A DNA stretch of 64,000 bases from Paludibacteraceae bacterium (GTDB lineage: Bacteria; Bacteroidota; Bacteroidia; Bacteroidales; Paludibacteraceae). The stretch spans positions 662 to 64,661 of the forward strand of contig JAGBCD010000004.1 of assembly GCA_017938155.1 (NCBI GenBank). Reading direction: 5' to 3'. Within the stretch, counting starts at the first letter, position 1, and each line of letters opens with the position of its first letter. The notes under the pieces are model-generated. The model had not been told where the DNA came from. It saw only the letters and a list, made by a program, of their open reading frames with translations, and did no database searches. Made by a program: the position numbers and the translations under genes. This document shows, piece after piece, positions 9,552 to 21,007 of this stretch.

Positions 9552-12500
9552 ATGAATTTGATAGAAATTATCACAAAAATTTTTGGTAATAAGGCGCAAA
9601 AAGACATGCGCGAGATTCAACCTTACGTTGATCGAATCAAAGCTACTTATGAAAAAATTGATTTATTGAGTGACGATGAGCTACGCGCGCACTCCGCTTC
9701 CTTAATGAAACGTATCCAAGATGCAGTACAGGTTAAGAAAGACAAAATCAATGAACTTAAAAATAGCATTGAGGATTTAGAAATTGAAAAACGTGAGAAA
9801 GTATACGAAGAAATAGATAAACTTCAGAAAGAGATTAAAGATACATACGACCAAATCCTAACAGATATCTTACCTGATGCTTTTGCTATAGTCAAATCAA
9901 CTGCGCGTCGTTTTACTCAAAACGAAACCGTCGTTGTTACAGCCACACAAATGGATAAGGACTTAGCAGCAGATTCTCGCTACGATTTTGTCGAAATAGA
10001 TGGTGACAAAGCCATCTACAGCAATCATTGGACTGCAGGAGGTAATGAGATCCAATGGGATATGGTTCACTATGATGTACAACTTTTTGGTGGAGTCGTT
10101 TTGCATCAAGGAAAGATTGCAGAGATGGCAACAGGTGAAGGTAAAACCTTGGTTGCTACTCTACCAGTATTTCTCAACGCATTGACCCATGAGGGCGTAC
10201 ACGTAGTTACAGTAAATGATTATCTTGCCAAACGTGACTCGGAGTGGATGGGACCTATTTACATGTTCCATGGTCTGACTGTAGATTGTATTGATAAGCA
10301 CAAGCCTAATAGCGACGAGAGGCGCAAAGCATATGCATGCGATATTACATTCGGAACCAATAATGAATTTGGTTTTGACTACTTGCGAGACAATATGGCA
10401 ACGAGTCCGTTGGACTTGGTACAACGAGGTCATAACTATGCAATCGTTGATGAGGTTGACTCCGTGTTGATTGATGATGCACGTACTCCACTGATTATAT
10501 CTGGACCTATTCCTCGCGGAGAAGAACAAATGTTTGACGAATTCAAACACCGCGTTGAGTTATTGGTTAGAAGTCAAAACTCGCTTACTACCCAATTATT
10601 GATTGAAGCCAAACAAAAGATGGGCAGTACAGATGAGAAGGAACGCGAAGCTGGAGAATTGGCACTTTTCCGTTCGTACAAGGGTATGCCAAAAAACAAA
10701 GCTTTAATCAAATATCTCAGCGAACAAGGAATTAAAGTACGTCTTCAAAAAACAGAAGAGTTCTATATGCAGGAGAATGAGCGTAATATGCACATTGCTA
10801 CTGACGAACTTTATTTCATCATTGATGAAAAGAACAAATCCATTGAACTTACAGATAAGGGCATTGATGCACTTACTGGAAACATGGATGACCCACAATT
10901 CTTCGTATTGCCTGATGTAGGTAGTGAGATTGCTGAACTTGAGCAAAACACCTCCTTGAGCGATGCAGAAAAACAACAGCGCAAGGATGACATCATGACT
11001 AACTACTCTATCAAATCAGAGCGTGTTCATACCGTTAATCAATTACTCAAAGCATACACACTCTTTGAAAAAGACGTTGATTATATCATTGACAACAATG
11101 AAGTAAAGATTGTAGACGAACAAACTGGTCGTGTAATGGACGGACGTCGTTGGTCAGACGGATTACACCAAGCAGTAGAAGCAAAAGAAAATGTTAAAGT
11201 AGAAGGTGCTACGCAAACATTTGCAACCATTACTCTTCAAAACTATTTCCGCATGTACAACAAGTTATCTGGTATGACGGGTACTGCAGAAACAGAAGCT
11301 GGCGAGTTCTGGAACATTTACAAATTGGACGTAGTGGTTATTCCTACCAACAAGCCCATCGCACGCAATGACATGAACGATCGCATCTACCGCACCAAAC
11401 GAGAGAAATACAATGCAGTCATTGAAGAAATCACTTCTTTGGTACAACAAGGACGTCCTGTATTGGTAGGTACAACATCGGTAGAAATCAGTGAATTGCT
11501 AAGTCGTATGTTAAGCATGCGCAAAATCAAACATAATGTATTGAATGCAAAACTACACCAACAAGAGGCCAATGTTGTAGCCGAAGCTGGACGTGCAGGC
11601 ATCGTTACTATAGCAACCAATATGGCGGGTCGTGGTACCGATATCAAACTCACTCCTCAAGTCAAAGAAGCTGGTGGTTTGGCTATAATCGGTACAGAAC
11701 GTCACGAAAGTCGACGTGTAGATAGACAGTTGCGTGGACGTAGTGGACGTCAAGGTGATCCTGGTAGCAGCGTATTCTATATCAGTTTGGAAGACGACTT
11801 GATGCGTATGTTCGGAAGTGATCGTATCGCCGCAGTTATGGACCGCATGGGCTTTCAAGAAGGCGAAATGATTGAGCACAAAATGATTAGTAGCAATATT
11901 GAGAAAGCGCAAAAGAAAGTAGAAGAGAACAACTTTGGCATTCGTAAACGTCTGATTGAATATGATGATGTGATGAATCAACAACGTAACGTCATCTACG
12001 CCAAACGCCACCACGCTTTAATGGGCGAGCGTATTGGAGTAGATATTGCTAACATGATTTACGATACAGCAGAATCCATCGTTGCTGATGCTCGCGAAGC
12101 AATGGATTATGAGATGCTAAAAAATGACGTATTAAAAGTTTTTGCTATTGAAGTGCCATTCAACGAAGAGAAATTTAGAAGTTCCAAAGAGAATATCTTG
12201 TCAGAAGATTTAGCACAGGTAGCATTGGATACATTTAGACGTCGTATGGATACATTGGCTAATACCGCTAATCCTGTCATACAAAAAGTATTCTCTGAAA
12301 AAGGAAATATGTTTGAAAACATTTTGATTCCTATTTCTGATGGCAAACGCGTTTACAACATTGCTGTCAATTTGCGTCGCGCAGCTGAATCCAATTGCAA
12401 AGAGGTGATCAAAGAGTTTGAGAAACGAATGCTATTATTTGTTATTGATGATGAGTGGAAGGAACATCTCCGTCAATTGGATGATCTGAAACGCTCCGTC

Positions 12501-12896
12501 CAAAATGCAAGTTACGAGCAAAAAGACCCATTGCTTATTTACAAATTAGAGTCCTTCAACATCTTCCGTCAAATGTTAGACTCTTTGAACCGTCGCGCTA
12601 TAGCTATCCTATTGAGAGGACAAATACCGATGCAAGATAGCAATAATGTACAACAAGCATCTCAAGAACGCAGACAAGACTTCAGTAAATATCGCACACA
12701 AAAAGACAGTGTACAAAGTGCAGCACAAGCCAGCGGACAAGCTGCAGCTGCCAATCGTGATACACGAGAGGTACAAAAGACTGCCCCTATTCACGTAGAG
12801 AAAAAACCTCGTCCAAATGACCCATGCCCTTGTGGTTCAGGAAAGAAGTATAAACAATGTCACGGAAAGATTCAAACCACTACTACAGGAGTATAA
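9552..12896 (+). CDS. secA: preprotein translocase ATPase SecA
   Basis: N-terminus [14 protein letters not shown], motor motifs MATGEGKT and [19 protein letters not shown], and a C-terminal zinc finger [14 protein letters not shown]. The track ORF begins at an upstream TTG that lies inside the promoter. Confidence 0.95.
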   Translation: MNLIEIITKIFGNKAQKDMREIQPYVDRIKATYEKIDLLSDDELRAHSASLMKRIQDAVQVKKDKINELKNSIEDLEIEKREKVYEEIDKLQKEIKDTYDQILTDILPDAFAIVKSTARRFTQNETVVVTATQMDKDLAADSRYDFVEIDGDKAIYSNHWTAGGNEIQWDMVHYDVQLFGGVVLHQGKIAEMATGEGKTLVATLPVFLNALTHEGVHVVTVNDYLAKRDSEWMGPIYMFHGLTVDCIDKHKPNSDERRKAYACDITFGTNNEFGFDYLRDNMATSPLDLVQRGHNYAIVDEVDSVLIDDARTPLIISGPIPRGEEQMFDEFKHRVELLVRSQNSLTTQLLIEAKQKMGSTDEKEREAGELALFRSYKGMPKNKALIKYLSEQGIKVRLQKTEEFYMQENERNMHIATDELYFIIDEKNKSIELTDKGIDALTGNMDDPQFFVLPDVGSEIAELEQNTSLSDAEKQQRKDDIMTNYSIKSERVHTVNQLLKAYTLFEKDVDYIIDNNEVKIVDEQTGRVMDGRRWSDGLHQAVEAKENVKVEGATQTFATITLQNYFRMYNKLSGMTGTAETEAGEFWNIYKLDVVVIPTNKPIARNDMNDRIYRTKREKYNAVIEEITSLVQQGRPVLVGTTSVEISELLSRMLSMRKIKHNVLNAKLHQQEANVVAEAGRAGIVTIATNMAGRGTDIKLTPQVKEAGGLAIIGTERHESRRVDRQLRGRSGRQGDPGSSVFYISLEDDLMRMFGSDRIAAVMDRMGFQEGEMIEHKMISSNIEKAQKKVEENNFGIRKRLIEYDDVMNQQRNVIYAKRHHALMGERIGVDIANMIYDTAESIVADAREAMDYEMLKNDVLKVFAIEVPFNEEKFRSSKENILSEDLAQVALDTFRRRMDTLANTANPVIQKVFSEKGNMFENILIPISDGKRVYNIAVNLRRAAESNCKEVIKEFEKRMLLFVIDDEWKEHLRQLDDLKRSVQNASYEQKDPLLIYKLESFNIFRQMLDSLNRRAIAILLRGQIPMQDSNNVQQASQERRQDFSKYRTQKDSVQSAAQASGQAAAANRDTREVQKTAPIHVEKKPRPNDPCPCGSGKKYKQCHGKIQTTTTGV

Positions 12897-12937
12897 AACG
12901 CTATTCATGACAACATTTTAATCAACATATCTATCCT

Positions 12938-13831
12938 ATGTACCTTCACTCTATCATTTGGGATGTTGATCCTATCCTACTACACATCGGAGAAGGTGGT
13001 ATCCGTTGGTATGGTCTGCTTTGGGCTTTGGGTATCATGATTTGTTACCTCATTCAAATCAAGTTATACAACCACGAGAATTGTCCAAAAGAGTGGACCG
13101 ACCATTTGTTCATATGGATGGTTACAGGAGTCATCGTAGGAGCACGTTTGGGACATTGCCTATTCTATGAATGGCATTACTACCAAGATGCTATACAAAT
13201 ATTTGCATTCAATATCCATTATCGCAATCCCTACATAGAGCACCCCTTCTGGTTGTTGCGCATATGGGAAGGAGGATTGAGTAGTCATGGAGGTGCCATA
13301 GGACTAATCGTGGCGGCATGGTTACTGAACAAGAAACACTTTAGCAAACGTCCTGAATACCACACCTCACTCATTTGGATCTTTGACCGATTGGTGATTG
13401 GTGTATGTATCACAGGAGCTCTTATTCGTTTAGGCAACCTTATGAACTCCGAAATCTATGGCAATCCCACTGATATGCCTTGGGGATTTATATTCGTTCG
13501 GGATGGAATGACAGTTCCATGCCACCCAACACAAATATATGAAATGCTATATTGTTTGGTAGCATTTGTTGTTACTTGGTTTATGTATTGGAAGGGGAAA
13601 TGTTATCAACGTCAAGGCTTGATATTTGGGACTTTTCTTGTGATTATTTTTGGAGTACGTTTTGTCCTGGAATTCATTAAACTCAACCAAGAAGCGTTTG
13701 AAGAAACCATGCTACTCAACATGGGACAAATCCTTAGTCTTCCATTCATCATTTGGGGCATATACCTCATTGTTCACGCATTACGCACCCCTGCTACTCT
13801 ACCCAATCTGTCCAAAGCAAAACGCAAGTGA
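12938..13831 (+). CDS. lgt: prolipoprotein diacylglyceryl transferase
   Basis: GIRWYGLLWALG, WEGGLSSHGG and HPTQIYE motifs; polytopic membrane protein. Confidence 0.9.
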   Translation: MYLHSIIWDVDPILLHIGEGGIRWYGLLWALGIMICYLIQIKLYNHENCPKEWTDHLFIWMVTGVIVGARLGHCLFYEWHYYQDAIQIFAFNIHYRNPYIEHPFWLLRIWEGGLSSHGGAIGLIVAAWLLNKKHFSKRPEYHTSLIWIFDRLVIGVCITGALIRLGNLMNSEIYGNPTDMPWGFIFVRDGMTVPCHPTQIYEMLYCLVAFVVTWFMYWKGKCYQRQGLIFGTFLVIIFGVRFVLEFIKLNQEAFEETMLLNMGQILSLPFIIWGIYLIVHALRTPATLPNLSKAKRK

Positions 13832-13832
13832 C

Positions 13833-14558
13833 ATGAGAATTGTTCATCACATACGTCTATGGCTGCTTCTTATTTGTATAATAGGTAGCATGTCAACGTA
13901 TGCCCAAATGAACAACCCTTATGTAGATGATAAAATTGTTCATTTTGGTTTCTCTTTAGGTCTCAATTTCATGGGATATAATGTCACAGATATGAACACC
14001 CCCATTGATGGTGAAATTTATCATGCACGAGTTAGTTCACTCACGCCTGGTTGTTCAGTAGGTTTCGTTACCGATTTACGACTCAGTCGTCACCTCAACC
14101 TACGTTTTACACCGACCTTGCACTTTGGAGAGAAAACCATCACATATAAGACAGAATCGGGAAAACCCGTAGAGGGCATATTGGGAAACAATGACAAAGT
14201 TTCTGTACTTGCTTTACCCATTGACATACCTCTTTACCTTAAATGGTCAGCAGAAAGAGAAAAAAACTACCGACCATACCTCATTGCAGGAGGAGGTGCC
14301 CACTACGATTTCGGGGGAGACAAAGAGAAACCCATCTACACCAAGAAATGGGACTTCTTTGTTGCCTTTGGCTTAGGATGCGACCTGTACATGTCTTGGT
14401 TCAAATTTTGCCCAGAAATCCGTTATCAAATAGGGTTTAATAACGTTCTTACACCAGTAACAGATCGTCCACAATTAGCCGTACAGAATGCATTCTATAC
14501 CAATGCTTTGCAACGTCTAACCAATCAAATGATTACCCTAACATTCAATTTTGAGTAA
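13833..14558 (+). CDS. PorT-like outer-membrane beta-barrel protein
   Basis: Signal peptide MRIVHHIRLWLLLICIIGSMSTYAQ; alternating beta-strands ending TLTFNFE. The ATG sits 2 nt after the lgt stop, so the upstream part of track ORF 13650 is an overlap artefact. Confidence 0.5.
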   Translation: MRIVHHIRLWLLLICIIGSMSTYAQMNNPYVDDKIVHFGFSLGLNFMGYNVTDMNTPIDGEIYHARVSSLTPGCSVGFVTDLRLSRHLNLRFTPTLHFGEKTITYKTESGKPVEGILGNNDKVSVLALPIDIPLYLKWSAEREKNYRPYLIAGGGAHYDFGGDKEKPIYTKKWDFFVAFGLGCDLYMSWFKFCPEIRYQIGFNNVLTPVTDRPQLAVQNAFYTNALQRLTNQMITLTFNFE

Positions 14559-14564
14559 CCCTAT

Positions 14565-16025
14565 ATGCATCTTAAGAAAATCAATATATTATTCGTTTGT
14601 GGTTTAGTTTTGCTCTCCATGACTGCATGTCACCAACAAGACGCTATCACTTCCACTGCCCAAATACGATTTTCACAAGACTCTGTGTATTTTGATACTG
14701 TCTTCACCTCAATAGGAAGTTCAACGCAACGTATCATGTTGTACAATGATAGCAAACATTCTGTATTCATAGAGTCCGTATCATCAAAGACTCCTTATTT
14801 TCAGGTCAATTTGGATGGTGAAAGTCAAATGGACCTCATCAAGAATTACGAATTACCCGGTAAGGATAGTATCTTTCTCTTCATTAGGGCATGCATTGAT
14901 CCTCTTAAACAAGACAATCCTGTCCTGATAGAAGATACACTCCTGTTCATGATTAATAGCCAAGCAATTGGACTACCAATACAAGCTTATGGACAAGATG
15001 TTATATTACTCAAAACTAAAGAAGGTCGTACAGAATTCCCCTATGGATATACTTTCAATGCCAAGAAACCTTACTTAATTTATGATACAGTGCTCGTTGC
15101 TGGCAAAATGCAAATAGTACCTGGGGCAACTCTTTATATGCACAACAACGCAAGCATCTATGCTTTGGGAAGCGTAGAAGCAATAGGTAACAAGAATGCC
15201 CCCATTACTATTCGAGGAGACCGCTTGGACCAACTATCTGAACAAGTGCCCTATAAGTATGCATCTGGGCAATGGGGAGGATTATATTTCCTACACTACA
15301 AGGGGGAGCCTGCCCCTACCTATTCACTCAACCATGTTTACTTGCTTAGTGGTAATATCGGATTATATTGTTCATCTGAAGACAAAGAACAACGAGGCAC
15401 ACTTACCATGACAAACTCCAAGGTCCACAATCATGCTATGTATGGTGTGGTGTTACAAAATACTGATGCAGCCATTAGCAACTGTGAAATAAGCAATTGT
15501 GCTGCCTATTGCGTTTACTTAGCAGGTGGTACACACACACTGACTCACAATACCATTGCGTCATTCTTTGGCTATCCCTATACTACAATTAACATACATC
15601 AAGTAATACGGGAAGATGTTGCTGCCCTCTACATCAACAACCTTAGCAAGCAATATGCTCCTACTATTGCCAATATACGCAACTGCATTATCACAGGAGC
15701 ACGAGATAACAACATTGCCTTAGCCACCCCACTACCCACATATTACACTGGGGAGATAATTGGTAACTATATCAAGTCCGACACCATCAAGGCTCCTAAT
15801 AGTAGAGATAATGTCTATGCGCAGGAAAATGATAGTGCCGTCTTTGTCAATACACACTATTTGCTCAAAGAATATATCTACTACGATTTTCATTTGGATA
15901 GCCTTTCTCCTGCACGAGGCATAGCTGATTCTATTATTTCAATAAGTTATCCTATGGATATAGATGACATACAACGCAAAACCCATCCTGACGCAGGATG
16001 TTACGAATATTATAACGTCAATTGA
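14565..16025 (+). CDS. lipoprotein with parallel beta-helix (PbH1-like) repeats
   Basis: Lipobox LLSMTAC; repeated segments of the type NxxIxNCxxYGVxL. Confidence 0.45.
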   Translation: MHLKKINILFVCGLVLLSMTACHQQDAITSTAQIRFSQDSVYFDTVFTSIGSSTQRIMLYNDSKHSVFIESVSSKTPYFQVNLDGESQMDLIKNYELPGKDSIFLFIRACIDPLKQDNPVLIEDTLLFMINSQAIGLPIQAYGQDVILLKTKEGRTEFPYGYTFNAKKPYLIYDTVLVAGKMQIVPGATLYMHNNASIYALGSVEAIGNKNAPITIRGDRLDQLSEQVPYKYASGQWGGLYFLHYKGEPAPTYSLNHVYLLSGNIGLYCSSEDKEQRGTLTMTNSKVHNHAMYGVVLQNTDAAISNCEISNCAAYCVYLAGGTHTLTHNTIASFFGYPYTTINIHQVIREDVAALYINNLSKQYAPTIANIRNCIITGARDNNIALATPLPTYYTGEIIGNYIKSDTIKAPNSRDNVYAQENDSAVFVNTHYLLKEYIYYDFHLDSLSPARGIADSIISISYPMDIDDIQRKTHPDAGCYEYYNVN

Positions 16026-16102
16026 TGCAATCAATGCGTTCATACACATATCTTTTTGGTATAATTTTTGTAGGTTTGCTTTAGTCTTTTGATTTCCAAA
16101 AT

Positions 16103-19009
16103 ATGAAAAAATTACTCATATTCTTACTCATCTTATTCACAAATTACTCTTTTGCCTCATCCGATATTTTGGGCAAAGTAGTACAACACAAAAATGGTCA
16201 AGCCATTGAAATGGCCACCATTCAATTGTTCTACAGCACAGCATCTGACACTACTTTTGTCAAAGGCGTTCAAACAGATACCGAAGGAGATTTTATATTT
16301 GACAACATACCTTCAGGCAAATATAAGCTTTTGATTTCTTGTATTGGTTATCAAGGAAACACTCTTTACATTACATTAGCAGACACCACCTTACTCCTTC
16401 CTACTATTCAGCTCAAAGAGGACATACAACTTTTATCCGAAGTCACTGTCCAAGGACATGCAGCAGAGATGACCGTCAAAGGAGACACTATTGAATACAA
16501 CACTGCCGCATATAAAATGCACGAAAATGCAATGGTAGAAGACCTACTCAAGAAAATGAATGGAGTAGAAATAGATCAAGATGGTAATGTCAAAGTAAAC
16601 GGAGAAGAAATCAAATCCATACAAATAGATGGGAAACACTTTTTTGGTAAAGATGTACAAGCAGCAACCAAGAACATACCCGCCGAAATGATAGAAAAAG
16701 TGCAAGTATTGGACGAGAAATCAGATATGGCAAAACTAACAGGGTTCGAAGATGATGAGACAGAGCGAATCATCAATCTTACTCTAAAAGAAAATCGTAA
16801 AAAAGGAGTTTTCGGGAGTTATAATCTGGGGTTAGGTATGGATATGTTTGGTCCAGATGGCAAATTCTTTTCCTATCCTTACTCCAACCTATTATCAGAA
16901 CAAACAAAACAATTCTTCACAAATGACTTTCGGTACAATGGAAGTTTGTTCACCAACATCTTGTTAGGAGAAAGCCAGACTACCATCATGGGTAACGTAA
17001 ATAACACTAATGAAATGCGTAGCGGTCGTGGATATCACCGTTTTGGTTCAGGCATGAATACGGGTATTACATGGGGAGAAAACTTCGGAGTAAATACAAA
17101 CATAGATTTCACTAAAAAAATTAAAAAGATAGACAATCAAACCTCACTACTTTTTGGAGCCAATGTAACCTTCAATCACTCTATCAACAATACCGATGCT
17201 ATTGCAATCAAAGAAAGTTACTCAAACGGATTGAGCTATCATAACAACGACACCTCGCATGTCAAAGGTATCAATTGGGATGTACAAGCACAATTTGAAT
17301 TAGAATACCAAATTGATACCCTAAATAGAATCATTATTAAACCGTCCATTGGCTATTCCAATAGAAACACAAACAATCTATCTCAATATGATTACTATCG
17401 AATGGATACGTTGATAAACGATGGTAGTCAGATACAAGGCACCTCTTCCAACGAAACGAAGGGTGATTTGCGCATTATCTACAACCATAAGTTTCTCAAA
17501 CCTGGAAGAAGTATTACACTCAACCTTTTTGGTTCGATCAATCAAAAGGAAGGGCATTCCAATACGGAAGCATTTGACCACATCAAAGATTCCACACTTA
17601 TCAATCAATACAACCTTACCAACAACCATACTTATTCATATAGTATCAAAGCATCATACGTTGAACCCATCTATGGAAAGAATCATTTGTTAGAAACAGC
17701 GTTAACTCTATCTGGGAACAACCGACATTCGTTTAAAAATCAGTATGACTTTGATACCAAGGACTCCACGTACCTCTTTAATCCATATTTCTCTAATGAA
17801 CTTAAAAATACTTTCATATCAGAAATATTAGAATTGAACTATAGATGGATAGAGCAAAATTTTGACTTGGTATTAGGAGCACGTGTCAACCCAAGCCAGA
17901 CCTTTAGTCAATCATACTATGGTGGCACCTTGCTTCGCGACACGACCATCAACGTATGGAACTTCGCACCAAATGCTTCCTTCAAATACAAGTTTGGAAG
18001 AAAAGAGTTTGCTCGGGTTATCTATAGGGGGTCATCTACACAACCCTCTATCCAACAAATGGAACCAGTACGAAACAATTCAGATGCCATGAACGAATCC
18101 GTAGGCAACATGGGATTAAACCCTTCTTTTAGACATTTTGTACGGGTCATGTACTCAAGGTTTAATGAACAACGTTTCTCAAGCATTATGACAGGATTAC
18201 GTGCCAACGTAACAAAAGATGCTTTCGTTAACAATACGGTTTACGACGAAACTGGTAAACGATATACCCAAACCGTTAATGCACAAGGGACACCTTGGGA
18301 TGTAGGAGCGGACTTCATGTACAATACACCCTTTGCTAACAAACTCTTACAATTCAACACACGTACCGCAGTAAACTATAACGAACGGTTGGCATATATC
18401 AATCGTGAAGGGCAATCACATCAAATTATCGAAGCTATAGAGAAAGAACAATTAGCATTAGGCGCCATGAGCAAAACAGGTAACTTGATGATTAATGAGG
18501 ATTTGGGTATCCGTCTAACACACGCAATAGTAGATTTTGGATTACGTGGACGTATATCATACTCACGCACGTTCAATAACATCTCTACAGCACAACCGAC
18601 CAACAATCTCAACTGGACTATCACAGGAGATCTTCAATTGCACATGCCGAAAAATTGGGAATTTGCAGCAGATTGCAGCTATACGGCACGTTACGGATAT
18701 CGCTTGGATGATGTGAATGAAATCATACTAAATGCTTCACTAAACAAGACATGGAAAAATGCCACTTTGACACTCAAAGTGTACGATATTTTACAAAGCA
18801 AAAAGAATATCGTGCAAATTGTTGGAGAAGATTATATCCAGTACAAGAAAACCAATACCCTACCCACCTATTTCACCTTATCCTTCTCATACAAGTTCAA
18901 CAAAATGGGTAGCAATAAAGCAAGCGGAATGGCTGGACATATGCAAAATATGATTGAATCAGGTGTACGCCCAGGTGGACCTATGGGCCCTCCACCTATG
19001 CCAAGATGA
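16103..19009 (+). CDS. outer-membrane beta-barrel family protein with an N-terminal carboxypeptidase-regulatory-like domain (TonB-dependent-receptor-like)
   Basis: Signal peptide; N-terminal GKVV....G..IE.ATIQL fold motif plus a plug-like segment; long beta-barrel ending FSYKF; Gly/Pro/Met tail. Confidence 0.7.
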   Translation: MKKLLIFLLILFTNYSFASSDILGKVVQHKNGQAIEMATIQLFYSTASDTTFVKGVQTDTEGDFIFDNIPSGKYKLLISCIGYQGNTLYITLADTTLLLPTIQLKEDIQLLSEVTVQGHAAEMTVKGDTIEYNTAAYKMHENAMVEDLLKKMNGVEIDQDGNVKVNGEEIKSIQIDGKHFFGKDVQAATKNIPAEMIEKVQVLDEKSDMAKLTGFEDDETERIINLTLKENRKKGVFGSYNLGLGMDMFGPDGKFFSYPYSNLLSEQTKQFFTNDFRYNGSLFTNILLGESQTTIMGNVNNTNEMRSGRGYHRFGSGMNTGITWGENFGVNTNIDFTKKIKKIDNQTSLLFGANVTFNHSINNTDAIAIKESYSNGLSYHNNDTSHVKGINWDVQAQFELEYQIDTLNRIIIKPSIGYSNRNTNNLSQYDYYRMDTLINDGSQIQGTSSNETKGDLRIIYNHKFLKPGRSITLNLFGSINQKEGHSNTEAFDHIKDSTLINQYNLTNNHTYSYSIKASYVEPIYGKNHLLETALTLSGNNRHSFKNQYDFDTKDSTYLFNPYFSNELKNTFISEILELNYRWIEQNFDLVLGARVNPSQTFSQSYYGGTLLRDTTINVWNFAPNASFKYKFGRKEFARVIYRGSSTQPSIQQMEPVRNNSDAMNESVGNMGLNPSFRHFVRVMYSRFNEQRFSSIMTGLRANVTKDAFVNNTVYDETGKRYTQTVNAQGTPWDVGADFMYNTPFANKLLQFNTRTAVNYNERLAYINREGQSHQIIEAIEKEQLALGAMSKTGNLMINEDLGIRLTHAIVDFGLRGRISYSRTFNNISTAQPTNNLNWTITGDLQLHMPKNWEFAADCSYTARYGYRLDDVNEIILNASLNKTWKNATLTLKVYDILQSKKNIVQIVGEDYIQYKKTNTLPTYFTLSFSYKFNKMGSNKASGMAGHMQNMIESGVRPGGPMGPPPMPR

Positions 19010-19670
19010 CATTTCAAATCTTACGAACTCACGTATAGCAAGATGTATCCATACTATTTCCCTTAATATATTACTATCCGGAGAAGTTGTAATTTTGCAC
19101 GTGATTGTCTCTTTTGCTTTACAAAACAAAGTACAACATGGGGCTTATAGGTCACCAATTAGTCCTATTTGTAATATGCAAAAGGTACTCTAATTACACC
19201 AAACACCGATAGTATAAAATGCAGAATGTGGAAAAATGTCACAAGAAGCATAAAAGCAAAGTATTATCTTTGCTGGTAAGAAAATAATAACAATGCTCAA
19301 AAGGTACGGTCACCCTACGGAATCGTCCACGATGCGAACGAGATGCGTATGACATGGGCTGCAAAATGTCTCGAAAATGTCTTGATAATGTCTTGATAAT
19401 GACAACGATTGGAATCACTGAAGAACCAGTAAGTATGCTTAAAAAAAGTTGATGACAAGCAAAACTGAATCGTTTGTTAAAGTTGATAGTTTGAGAATGT
19501 TTATCAAGAAAATATTCTGAAAAGGAGCCTTGTATTAGAAATCTTTGGAATGAGGAGTTGTACGAAAAAATTCTACTCAAAACATAGTATTTACTGGTAT
19601 TTTGAGTTGATTTTATATTGCATACAACTTTTAACGGGCAAGGATAATATTCTATTTGATAAAAGTATAA

Positions 19671-19702
19671 AAGAACTGACCAAGATATCTTGGTCAGTTC
19701 TT
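19671..19702. terminator. intrinsic terminator (15-bp perfect stem) downstream of the DUF5009 gene
   Basis: aagaactgaccaaga / tcttggtcagttctt hairpin with T-rich flanks on both strands. Confidence 0.7.
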
Positions 19703-19709
19703 TTCGTTA

Positions 19710-20894
19710 TTATATTTTGATATAAATGCGTTTTTTATACAAAGGATGCGCTATGAGCCAAAGTACAAATACGAGACTTAACGCACATGCCAAACTGCCT
19801 AAATTATCTCCCAATAATGGCTGCATACAAAGTTTGTACCATGCACTCCATACATTATATGTTTTGCCTGCTACGTCAAACTTAATAACACCCATAATAT
19901 ACACAAAGATGGCTGACAAACAGAAAATGAAAAGCGGATTAACACCAAAACTTTCAAAGAAAACACACCATTTCTTGTGTCCTTTGATATCAATAATCCA
20001 AACGAGCAACGCCAGCAATAGTCCTGCCAAACCACATGTTACCAACACATAACTTGCAGACCACATTGCTTTATTTATCGGATATGCATAGTCTAACAAG
20101 AAACCTGCCATCAAGCTTATTGAACTAAAGATAAACACTCTATTTACTCTAACCCAATTGTCTGGTTCTTCTCCCTTTATATATTTGCCACATATACCAT
20201 CCTTATTGTACAAAAGCATTCCCACACAAGCCCCTACCAAACAGTGCGCAATACAAGGTATGGTACTTAATAAACCTTCTGGATCAAATGGGATGCCACC
20301 CATATGGTACATATGCCCATCTCCTAATACCGCAAGGTCAACGATTGATAGAATATTGTCTTCATTCAACTCAAAACTATTGGTTACGGAGATTAATATA
20401 CAATACCCTACCAATAGAGTCAAAATCACCCATGGTGTATTTTTAGGTTTGAATGCCATAAGTAATAAGGCTGCTACTGCGCTCACAATACCTAATCGTG
20501 GAAAAACGCCTAAATATCGCAGATGTTCTATTGGATATTGCACTACGCTATACAAGAACCCATCACCCGCGCAAAGATGTCTAAGCGCCATACCGAACCA
20601 ACTCAGTCCCCAACCTATCAAAATAATCAAGGCACCCCTATATATGGCATGCCAAGCAGTCTTTGCAGTCAATTGGAAATCATACTTACGATAACTAATA
20701 TACATAGCCACCCCCATACAAAAAACAAAAAATGGGAAGACCAAATCTGTAGGTGTACATCCATTCCATGCGGCATGTCTAAGTGGAGCAAAGATATGTC
20801 CCCATGAGCCAGGGTTGTTAACAGTAATCATACCTGCTATAGTGATACCTCTAAGGACATCCAGTGCAAGCAAACGTTGTTTCTTTTCTGCCAT
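19710..20894 (-). CDS. DUF5009/DUF1624 acyltransferase-family membrane protein (heparan-alpha-glucosaminide N-acetyltransferase-like)
   Basis: N-terminus RLLALDVLRGITIAGMITVNNPGSW; polytopic. Confidence 0.8.
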   Translation of the reverse strand: MAEKKQRLLALDVLRGITIAGMITVNNPGSWGHIFAPLRHAAWNGCTPTDLVFPFFVFCMGVAMYISYRKYDFQLTAKTAWHAIYRGALIILIGWGLSWFGMALRHLCAGDGFLYSVVQYPIEHLRYLGVFPRLGIVSAVAALLLMAFKPKNTPWVILTLLVGYCILISVTNSFELNEDNILSIVDLAVLGDGHMYHMGGIPFDPEGLLSTIPCIAHCLVGACVGMLLYNKDGICGKYIKGEEPDNWVRVNRVFIFSSISLMAGFLLDYAYPINKAMWSASYVLVTCGLAGLLLALLVWIIDIKGHKKWCVFFESFGVNPLFIFCLSAIFVYIMGVIKFDVAGKTYNVWSAWYKLCMQPLLGDNLGSLACALSLVFVLWLIAHPLYKKRIYIKI

Positions 20895-20943
20895 AATGAA
20901 TTTTATTTTTAGTTAAAAAATCTCACACATATATTTAGGTTTG

Positions 20944-20951
20944 CAAAGGTA
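20944..20951 (-). promoter_or_regulatory. -7 box TACCTTTG for the DUF5009 gene
   Basis: The reverse complement of caaaggta matches TAnnTTTG, 50 nt upstream of the ATG. Confidence 0.55.
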
Positions 20952-20952
20952 C

Positions 20953-20988
20953 AAATAAAAAATGACCCTCGCAAACGCGAAGGTCATT
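20953..20988 (-). terminator. intrinsic terminator after tsf
   Basis: Minus-strand hairpin aatgaccttcgc-gttt-gcgagggtcatt followed by a T-run. Confidence 0.6.
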
Positions 20989-21007
20989 TTACCTATCTCA
21001 TCAGCAA

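Noticed and set aside
19239-19580. A 113-aa minus-strand ORF in the 19-kb gap.
   Set aside because: It has no recognisable motifs, contains the 11-nt tandem repeat, and has no promoter box upstream. It is treated as non-coding pending a homology search.
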